A program made the position numbers and the translations under genes. The notes under the pieces are model-generated. The model made no database searches and had not been told where the DNA came from. It was given only the letters and a program-made list of their open reading frames with translations. From the NCBI GenBank assembly GCA_964234715.1, contig OZ174285.1: a stretch of DNA of 64,000 bases; one strand, 5' to 3'. This document shows positions 25,843 to 36,068 of the stretch, piece by piece. The first letter of the stretch is position 1, and every line of letters starts with the position of its first letter. Origin of the DNA: Podarcis melisellensis (taxonomy: Eukaryota).

Positions 25843-27471
25843 ATTTCCTTATTCTTAGTCTGATCTTTTGGGAAAGCAGGTTGCCAAGACTATAACCATG
25901 AACTATAACTTCACAACCTGAATGTGACTGAACCCCACCCAAAAATAGTAGCCAAAGTGTCATAAGTTCATTTATTTTTTTTATGAATTGTACTCAGCAC
26001 TCCCCAACTTCAAACACATACTCCTGATTGTAGGATCAACTTCTCTGAACAGCAAAGTTGACAATAATTTGCCACAAACTGTCCAATTCTTAAACCAAAC
26101 AACTTCCCCCTCTCCCAAAGTCCTGCCCTATATAAGATGTATACTTTGAGGCTAGCCTGCCTTTTGATTTATTAATAAATAACATAGTTTTCTGTATTAG
26201 CTGTGTTAACTCAAAATTATCTCCAGAAAAGTGTCTCGTAGTCAAAAACGGCAAGATAATTATAGGGATTTAATTCGCAATTCATACCTCTAGGCTATTT
26301 TTCACTTGCTAATATTTGGTTGAAAAACCATGACTCCAAAAATCACAATGAATCACTTGTAAATGAAAAAAAATAAAATAACAAGGCTTCAAAGAAGCTT
26401 CTTTTTTAAATTATTATTTCTCAAACAGGAGTCCCCACCCTAAATATCATTATCAGCAACCAACTTCTGAAACTGAGGAAGTTTCAAAAGTATTTCGTGA
26501 TCCAGCATGGGTTTGTTCCCCCTTTTTCCTATACATGACTTTACTAATAACTACATACAGCAACAACAAATAATAGAAACACACCAAAATTTTGTTTTTA
26601 GCAGTTACAAACCACCCAAAGTTTTTGGATATCATCAGATGGCAATGCAATAATGCATTACAAGCTAATAACTACAGGAACCCAACATGTTCTGGTTCTT
26701 TGATATTTTGCACTTGGGGTGGGATTTGATATTTATTTATAATTCAATATTCAAGTTACGCCCCGCTCTGAAGGGGCCCAAGCTTGGCCAACATCCCCTG
26801 AACATCTAAAAAAAAGGAATTATCGTACACAAACCTTAGAACAGGTCTATTCCAAAGAAAATGTACCTGTGGTTTAAAAAGTCTTCTCCATTTTGCACCT
26901 GGTGCTGTTGTACTGAGGTGAAAAAGAGGGTGAGGGAAAATAAAAATAATAAAAAGATTGGGGGGAAGCTAAGAGGCACCCCAGTGTGTCGCCCCACATA
27001 GCCAGGACAGGTTGGTCCGTCTGGGGAACCTGAGGAGAAGCCCCATTACCTGAAACAGAGGCAGGAAAGCGAGTGACTAGGCCTCTTCCGAGGCCCAAAG
27101 GCAAGCTAGGCCCGCGTTTTCGAGGGAAGCAGGCCTTCCTTCGGGCTCCTCTTGGGGACGCCCTTGTGCCCTCGGCCCGAAGAAACGCCCTCAGAGGGGA
27201 AACTCTACCGCCCGGCTCAGCGGCCTGTGGGCGAATAAGCGACCCTGGGAGGCGGCTCGGCGTCTCCCTCAGACCCCGCGCGAGGCGGCGGCGGCAGGTG
27301 ATCCTATTGGTCAAGACGCTCTCGGCCACCTGAGTCCCAGGTGCTTCCGCGGAAGCAGCGCGCAGGCAAGGGAGGGGAGAGCGCAGGAGGTGGAGATCTA
27401 ATCCTAAAGCGATCCCTAAATCTCAAGGGCGATGCAAAACTCAAATGATCCCGGGAAAGGAGGGAGAGATC

Positions 27472-27651
27472 CATAGGAGCCCCCCCCCATGAAATATGCG
27501 AGCCTCCCCCCTCAAAAAAGTTGATTCAAATAGTGTGCACGCGCCGCCTCTTGTGATCGATTGTGCGGAGCGATTGTCACCTCCCCCCCCCATATTTGAT
27601 TATGTGATTATTACCACCCCCACAAATATTTTATTCAAGTTAGCACCCCTG
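27472..27651. mobile_element. GC-rich hAT-like MITE remnant in intragenic CpG island
   Basis: Shares CTTGTGATCGATT and terminal ATTCAAGTT.GCACCCCTG with 35880-36068. Confidence 0.55.
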
Positions 27652-28403
27652 AGCTGAAGAGATCGGTTGTCTAGCGAGGAGTTATCTGCCGTCCGAGGAC
27701 CTGTTTTATTATGAGGCTCCTCCGCCGGACAGATTTGCGCGCTGCTTGGAGAGCCCGCACAGGATCGGGCTGCCCATCTCGAGTTCTCGTAGCCAGGATC
27801 CGTACATGCACACCGGTTAATCCGGGGCATCTGGATCTGAGCAGATGCGGGATTAGACGGGTTCTCTCCAAATCCGTGCAGATCACTCGGGAGAAGTTTT
27901 GATGGGGACGGTTATGCATATCAAAATAAATGTTGATGATTTGCAATGTAGAGGAGCCATTTTAACATAAGTAAGTAAGCATTCCTATTTCAGGAAATTA
28001 AATCATTATGCTTAACGGGGTGGGGATGTCCACTGCACGCTTGCCTCGCCACTGCCTCCGTTTAAGTATGTGCATATACTGTATTCGGACCCTTAGTTGT
28101 TTTATTGGGGGGGCAGGGAAATGAATGAGAAGAGGAGAGACTACGAATTAAGCGGCTTTTGTGCGAAGCCATGTGATACGCTGGGAAAATGCGTGTGGAT
28201 AGGGCGCGTGTGCATTTTGTGTGTGAGAGAGTGCATCTCGCCTCCTTCGATCGCGCGTATGAATGAATTAAATTTCGGTGTCAGGTATCAGAAGGTTAGG
28301 AGAATATTGTGTGTAGATAAACCTTGCCACCCCCTTGGCCCTGGGGGAGCCCCATATACAATGTGCGGATGATGAATGGGCTTTGGGAGAGGAGATCGAA
28401 GCG

Positions 28404-28543
28404 NNNNNNNNNNNNNNNNNNNNNNNNNNNNNNNNNNNNNNNNNNNNNNNNNNNNNNNNNNNNNNNNNNNNNNNNNNNNNNNNNNNNNNNNNNNNNNNNN
28501 NNNNNNNNNNNNNNNNNNNNNNNNNNNNNNNNNNNNNNNNNNN
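28404..28543. other. Assembly gap (140 N)
   Basis: Run of n characters. Confidence 1.
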
Positions 28544-31500
28544 CACCACCTTTTCTAACCTCAATCTAATATATGGGCCGCGAGCTGCTCTCTTTAAGGG
28601 TGCTGCTGCTGCTGCTGCCGCCGGCGAAACGGATGATGATGGAAAGTAGCTAAATCAGAGGCGTTAGTAGCAATTGGGGAAAATGCGGATTTAAAACGTA
28701 AAAGGCAGGGGACGGTCCACATTCCGCCGAGCGTTGCTGCGGGCAAACGCTCCTGCCGTTCGATCCAGTAGGACGGACAATGAAACTGCTCTCTTGCATT
28801 ACTTTGACACGATTCAGAGCAGCTGGGGTCAGAAAGATCCCTTTCTTTGTTGTCGGCGTTTCAGTGCGAGGGAGGAAGAAGAGCCGCGCCACCTCCAGTT
28901 CCGAAAGCTGCAGCGCAAGGACATAAAATACATGGATCTCTGTTGCGATCCTAAAGACCATGTCGCCTCAAGCCCAAAATCACTGTCTTCCATTCGGGAT
29001 TAATTAATGCGGAGTAGGTTTTTAATCCTTTCTTCTGCACGTCACGATAATTAAAAATGAATTAAAAGCCCCGTTTCTTCCATAGGTAAAGAATCGAAAC
29101 ATCAAAACATTTACCCCCCTAAAGTGAGTAGGAGCGAGGACATTTCAAAGACTTTGACGTCAAATCCCAACTGGAGTTATTTGATTTGAATGTCAGCCTT
29201 CAGTAAAAAAAAAATCTGGCATATCACACATAGCCAGAAAAAGCCTTTTGAGCCTTTTTTTGCGCCTCGTGTGAAGTTTGTACATACAAGATAGAAGCTT
29301 AAAAAGAGGTTTCAAGTGGAAGGCGCTTTCTGGCCAAGACAGATTTATTTCGCAGTCGCCTTTAAGACCAATACAAGCTTCAGGCGTAAAAACGCCCTAA
29401 GTTGCTCAGGATCATGGGCGTGAATCTAGACATTAAAATGCACAACTGCCGCTTTATTTAAGCAAAATCCCATTTGATTTCCAATCGTAATGAGTCAGAC
29501 TGTGACAATTTATTAGCTAGAAATGTCTCCACTTGAAACAATAACATAAATCACTTTTCCTTTTTTCCCCCTTAAAAAAATACCCTCAAACAGATCCTCT
29601 TTGAAAATTGACTCCTGGCTAGTACCTATTGAATAGTCTCTCAAATAATCTATATCTGTGATTGAGGAGCCTTAAATTAGTTAAAACCTACTCCCATTTA
29701 CCTGGGAGTAAGTTCTACCGAACTCCGTGGAACTTACTTCTGAGTATGCATGATGGCGCTCTAACGAGGCAATACTTTGCACGTCTACTCAGAAGTAAGC
29801 CCCGTTCAGGTCAATGTTGTTTGGCGCCTCCAGGATTGTTAAACCTCATCTACCCAAACAGAACACACACAGTGAAAAAGTAGAATATTTTGCTTTACAT
29901 TTACGCACGATATGAATTGAGAAAAATTAGCCATGTCGGAATGTCCACAGGTAGTCTCACACTGGGATCCTCATCATCTCTAGTTTATGACTTTTAAAAC
30001 AGTACTATGCAATAAAAGATATTCAGGTGAAACTAAGAGTCTTCTGCACTATTCCATTTGCAATTAGCATATGTCGATATTAATCATAATCATAGTCAAA
30101 GGTTGACGGAATCTGGTTATGTGAGATACAATGCAGCAAGCTTTATGTCCCCGACACAAACCTCATTATCCTTTAAAATTATGGTACACATTCGGACCAC
30201 AGAGCATCTGGACTGAACAAGGTTTACCCGCATCGGGTTAGGTGTCCCAGTTAAGCCAAACGACTTGGACTCAATGAGGCTGAGTCTGCTATCCTTACTT
30301 GAAACCTTCAGTGGACAAGAGACCCATCGAAATGTGTAAATGTGCTTCAGATAAGAGTGCAAAATCCAATAACCTGCCGTAGTTCGATTACAAGGGCAAA
30401 CTCTGCATTTTTAATTTACTGGACTCTCCACTTTTTAAAGAATGTAAGAGAGTTTCTGGTCAATCAACATGAAATTAATGGGAGGCGAGGTCGGATAAAT
30501 AGAGCTAAAATCAACTCCAACAGGTCATCGTGTTCCGTACGATGACCGCCCACCCTTGCAGATCTGCTATATATTTCTGGCGCAGAACTTCAGAATTTAG
30601 GGAACCCGTTCCAAAAACCAGCGCGCTTTCACAAGATGAGGGCTGAGAGCTCGCTTTAGTGTGGAATGCGACACTTGTGCATGCTGTTACGGCGGGCACG
30701 TCGCGTGTACAGCTAGCCAATGGGCGCATTCAAAACGAGAGGCGCGCGAAATTGCAAAGCAAAACCAACTCTCCACAACCAGCAGCCTGTGAAAAGAACT
30801 CCAAAGGCGCATTAATGTGGGCTGGACGACCGTTCTGTGATTCCTTTTAGCCTCTGCTGCAGTCACCCCTGGCCCAACAACTGCTTCCATAGGCCAGCGA
30901 TCCCCGCTGCAAATCAAAACTAGTCTCAAACCAAAGACAGTCCACCACTCTCTGGCCAAGGATCTCCACCTTCCCGTGCCGAAAATCCCTTTATCTTTTG
31001 ACCGTCCCTATATCCTCTGAAAAGGATCCTCCTCTCCTTATTCCTGAACCCTGGAAAGGCACCACTTCTGATCTGCGACAGAAACGAGAGATACCAGACC
31101 ACGAGGCGCGTGGGAAGAGGGTTTTGTGGCACATTCGGGGGGTGGGGGAGAGAGGAGAAACAGACGGGCTCACTAACAACGGGCTCGATCCACCACCCCT
31201 CGACACAGCCCCGAGATGGTCTGCCCAAACCCTGAGGTTGTGCGTTTGAAACTAGGAAGGATCTCAGTTCGGAGTTGCTTCCAAAGAAATCAGAACGGGC
31301 TGATAGTTAAGGATGGGTAAAGAGGGATCAGCGCATTGGGATTTGGATTAGAGAGCGGATTGTGGAGCAGATTGGGAACCCAGCCTAGAACTAGGCGCGC
31401 TCCAGTTCCCTGGCACGCCCAGGGCTTGAACCCGTGCGGAGCTGCGTTCGCCAGCAAATCCGACGGTTCCTCGCCGCGTCGCGATCCCGCGTGGACCACG

Positions 31501-34088
31501 TGGAGTATTTTACATCAAGTACCACTGGCTTTTACAAAGCTCTTTCTCTAAGTGCTGGCGAAGGAAGCACGAATTGGCCTTTCTGAGGTCACCCTTTGTT
31601 TTACCTTTCCTGCTCTCTTGCAAGCCCTTTATCTTCTAGATTTACCGAGCTCTGTCTCTGAAAAGTAAGCCGCGTACTGTAGGCCATTAAAAGCGCGTTT
31701 CAGAGCCCATTAATTTATGAGTCTGTAATTTATGGGAGCAGATTTTCTCTCTCTCTCCGCCCGAGAAAACACGGGCTGAGTCGCCTCTGGAGGCAAACGA
31801 TGCGCTGAAATGCTCAGGTTTCCCACAGCCCATGATCGGGATCGCGAAACCTTTGCGTTTTGCGACACCGGCGCGAACCGAAAACCCACTTTGCGGTTAA
31901 AACGTCACATTTAATGTGCAAAGTTCCGGCTGCAATCCTAAACCCGCTTGCAACTGGAGGGTAAGCCCCATTGAACCCCATGGGACTCACATGTGAGGAA
32001 ACATGCATATAGGATTGCGCTGTAAGGCTGCAATCCTGTACCCGCTAGATCTTGGTAGCACCGTTTATGCTTCCTGGGGCCGAGTAAGCAGGAGGATATT
32101 GATGCAGGTCTCTGGTCCTATGAATACTTACCTGGGCTTACTTCCGAGTAAAAGTGCATAGGATCGGACGGATCCTCGCCAGATTCAAAATACATTGAAG
32201 TAAATTCAGTGCGGCTTACTGCTAAGGAACTGTGTGTTTCGTGACATTGTTTCAATTAAAAAGAACCACCCGCGTTACCGTTAGCACTGGGAAGTTTCCT
32301 CAACTCGTTGGAAAAAAATATATACAGAAACTTTCTAAGTTACATTGAAATTGCGTTTTTCCTGCTCCATGCACTGACCAGTTAAACCGGACTGTTTATG
32401 TTTAAACCGATTTCCATCCCATTTACGTCCAGCAAGGTTTAGAATGCAATTACTTCTGCTTAAACAAGTTGCGGGCTTCTTTCCCCCAGTCCTTGCAAAG
32501 TCTCTGAGCTTGCCTCTTTCAGCCCAGAGCCCATTTACTCCAAATCTCCTCGTTTTGATAGCATTTGTTGTCGTACAAATATTGTGAGGATCGGTTGTAA
32601 ATTCATCCAAGTGCAAAGATTGTTTAACCGTAGTTCGTGAAACTAGAAAAATACTTTAAAAAAACCAAACCCTTATTTCAACAGGAGAAATAGTGTTTAA
32701 AAGCTACGCATGTGCCATTGATAAGGTTGATTGCTCCTAACTATGCCAATAATAATACATAATGTTATTTAAGACAGCTGAAAAGATTTCAAGCAATTCC
32801 AAAGGCGTACAAGTAAAGGAACATGCTGTAATTGAGAAAAGGGTATTTGGTCAAATCCACACTTCAAAAAATAAACGTAACAGGGCAATCCTAGGTGTGT
32901 CTACTCAAAAGTAAGCCCTACTCCGTTTAAACTTACAGCAGGGTAAGTGTACATGGGGTTGCAGCCTAAATCTCACGAGGGGGGCTTTTCGACTCCCCGG
33001 TTTTGTTTTGTTTTAAGGTCAATGTGGCGGTCTCAGTAATTCTGAAATCCCCCATAGCATATTGGTTTTGACACCCAATTAGGCTTTTGACATTTATACT
33101 TTTGAAAACAAACTTCCTAGGGAACGAACGTGCCTTTGACGCTGAGAAGGCAAACCCAGCTGCGTTGTGCTACTGGCATGAACAAGGGCCGAAGGGGAAA
33201 GGATACAGTATTTTTAAAGGGACAAAAAAAAGTAGTTCCCTTATAAAAAGCAAAACTTTTGTTTGCTTGTTCTCAGTGTAGAAAAAAACATCTTCCACAC
33301 ATTTTAGCTTTCCATACAATAGTTAAATAAAACATATTCATTTTTTTAAAACAACAACAACCACCCTATTTTCAGCAAAGTTCTAGAAAACATTCGGTAT
33401 GCAGCCGGTCACTCTCCAGTCCTGCTATAGCGCTAAGTGCTTCAGACGACCATAAAGTCCTGCCTTGCCAATGCCCCGTTGTTGGGAGTGGGACTTATTT
33501 CGGAGTATGTGCTCTTGAGACTTTGGGGGAAGTTACAAAGTTTCCCAGCGATCATCTGGGGGCATTCTGCAACGAGGAGGCGTCTAAAGGCTGCATCTTG
33601 AAGTGTTTTATTTAGTTCCAAGTAGTAATTCTAGGAGAGTCTGCGTGTGCTGGGTGACCAATTCTGTTTGGGGTGCCCTTAATTTAGGCTGCAATCTCAC
33701 GCACGCGATATCTCTGGGACTAAGCCCCACTGCAGGGCTTAGTTTTGAGTCAAGGGCTTAATTATTTTATTCTTATTGTTCGTACCATGCCCATCTGACC
33801 GGGTTGCCCCAGCCACTCTGGGCGGCTTCCAGCACATATAAAAACATAATAAAACATTGCACATTAAAAGCTTCCCTACAGGGCTGCCTTCTAAAGGTTA
33901 TATGGTTACTCATCTCCTTGACGTAAGCGCCTTCTTCCATAAGCTCTCTTGAGTTCAGTGGCTCTCTCACTTTTGAGAGTGGGTCCTTCTTTCTCTCCCC
34001 CCCCCAATATGAAACATTTGCACCCCAAACTTTAGCCAAAGTGGCTGTGCCCTGCCGCGCGTCGGGAGGGTTGGAAGGGGGTACATAC

Positions 34089-34647
34089 GGTTGTTGGGGT
34101 CCCCGGTGTGCTGGTTGAGTGGAATGATCTCCATGCGCTGCTGCCCATACAGGTAATAGTCCAACTCCTCGGCGGTGCAGCGAAAGCGGGCCGGCGCCCT
34201 CTCGCCGCCCTTGGCCACCCCGCTGCCTCCGCCCAGGTCCTTGGTCTGCAGGAGGGCGACCGGGGCTCCCGTCGGGGAATCGGAGCTCTGAATCGGTCCA
34301 AAGACGGGGATCTGCGCCACCGGCAGCGCAGTCAAGCTGGCCAGGGAGGCGACGGCGCACGAAGACGGGGCGGACGACGGTGTGGAGGAGGAGGAGGAGG
34401 AGGAAGACGACGACGAGGAGGACAAGGAAGAGGACGAGGACGCCGCCGACGAGAGAGAGGCCGGCAGCGGGCGGAGGCTGTCAGCCTGGGTCTCGACGGC
34501 TCTCTCGGGCGCCTGGAGGTGACCTAGCAGCCCGGCGCCGCCTTTGAGCTGCTGGCTGCTGTGCGGGAACAGCTGCTGCCAGTGCTGGAGGTACGCGGGA
34601 TCCACCTTGAGGAAAGCCGATCCGCCGGGATCGCCGGGCTTCAGCAT
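34089..34647 (-). CDS. PRDM6: PRDM6 first coding exon (exon 2), N-terminal low-complexity region; 559 nt, phase-1 donor
   Basis: Translation [29 protein letters not shown]...[33 protein letters not shown] is the recognisable PRDM6 N-terminus. Donor AAC C|GTATGT at 34088-34087. Polypyrimidine tract plus CAG acceptor at 34660-34658 gives 10 nt of 5'UTR (34657-34648). Confidence 0.97.
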
Positions 34648-35212
34648 CTCTGCGAGCCTGGAGGAGAGGAAGGAGGAGAGGGAGAGGGGAGAGAAAGAGC
34701 CGTGAGAGGCGCCGTCGGGACTTTGCGCTCCGCAAGGCGTCCGGCGGTGAGGGGCTCAGAGTCTGAAGGATGCTACTCCCGACGGACTTCGACCCTCTCA
34801 GCAGCCGCTCCGCGAGGGAGAGGAGGCGCATTTGGTGCCCGCCAACGGCTCAACGTCTGCCGCGATCCTGAGTTTCGGGGGGGGGGGAGAGGAAAGCGAC
34901 CCCGGGGCACCCATTCTTGCCAGGGATCTGGCCTCCCCATTCCCAAATTGCTCCCAGGCGAGTAACATTCCGGATCGCGTTTGAACTACCCACCTCCTTC
35001 CGCCGCCCCACCCCGGACCGTCCCATCCTGCCAAGTTCTGGGGCGAGGGAAGTCCCCACGGACTTCCAGGGACCGAAGATCGCAAAACGAAACGGGAAGC
35101 GAGCAGCCAGCCAAACGCGCCAGGCCACTTTTCTCCCCAGCGTCCCGGAGAGAAGTTGGCGCGCGGCGAGGCAACTTGAGCAGAAGGCGAAGGATCCCGC
35201 CAGATCTCTTAC

Positions 35213-35650
35213 CCTGATCCCCCAGCCATCTAGCCTCCCGCCCGCCTCTCTTTTACCTGGATCTCTTTGTGGGCTACCCGGATCTGAAGGCGCGCAGGGC
35301 TCTTCTTTCCCGGAGGAGATCCAGGGTCGTGGAGGGGAAAGAAAGTGGGGGCGGTGGGGAAGGGGGGGCTGGAGAGATGATGTTCCCGAAAAGCTCCGCT
35401 CAAGCAGCCGGAGAGGCGCCCGAGCGGGGTTCGGACGGCAGGGACGTGGGAAGGCTGTCCCGCGTGGAGATCTCCAGCGTCTTCCTCGCTAGCTCTCGCC
35501 GAGGCGCTCTACGGCAGGAGCGGCGGGGCTCCGCTGCGCTCGGCGCTCTGGCAGCCTCCGGGCGAGACACGTGGGTTTTACGACAGCACTAAACACAAGC
35601 GTGTGAGGGAGGCAGGAGGGAGAGGGAGGAGAGGGAGGGGGAAAGAGCGG
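35213..35650 (-). other. PRDM6: Candidate non-coding first exon (5'UTR) of PRDM6; TSS approximate
   Basis: The coding exon has a strong acceptor, so an upstream exon is required. Donor-like sites AGG|GTAAGA (GT 35212-35211) and CAG|GTAAAA (GT 35256-35255) lie inside the CpG island. The 5' end is inferred, not observed. Confidence 0.5.
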
Positions 35651-35879
35651 CGGATCGGAGCGCTGCTTAAACTCGCAACAAAACCCCCACCCTCCCCGCC
35701 GCGCGCAACCTCGCGTAGGTTAAGTTCAGAGCAGCCTGATTCTTGAACAGGGCGAGAAGGCTGCTGCTGCTGCTCCCGTCGTTTGCCAGACGGCTGGAGG
35801 GAAGGGAGGGAATCTGCCTTAGGGGCAGGGTTGGGGGTCATTGGTAGACCTCTGGGTTCCGGAAGAGGGTGAAGCGTCC

Positions 35880-36068
35880 CCAGGAGCCAACTGCTAGGGG
35901 TCGAGGTCCCTTCGCCCCCCAATAAATATTTGAGGGGCGTGGTCCGTCGTCGTCCCCCCAGTGGATGGCCAGGGTCCATTCAAATGGTGTGCCGTGTCTT
36001 GTGATCGATTATGTGGGGCGCGACTTACTTGCCCCTCCCTCCGTATTCGATTCAAGTTGGCACCCCTG
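35880..36068. mobile_element. GC-rich hAT-like MITE in proximal promoter
   Basis: Termini CAGGAGCCAACT / AGTTGGCACCCCTG are complementary; homologous to 27472-27651. Confidence 0.6.

Larger units (their letters stand above)
26990..32300. promoter_or_regulatory. Intragenic CpG-rich islands in PRDM6 intron 2 (approx. 27.0-28.0, 28.55-29.0, 30.5-32.3 kb)
   Basis: Dense CpG/CGCG. CCAAT box (minus strand, 27306-27310) and double-ETS palindrome TGCTTCCGCGGAAGCA (27342-27357). Confidence 0.7.

Noticed and set aside
33967-34088. ORF read-through MYPLPTLP...HSQK after PNNR
   Set aside because: Intron sequence beyond the C|GTATGT donor; the PRDM6 sequence continues correctly in the 13768 exon.
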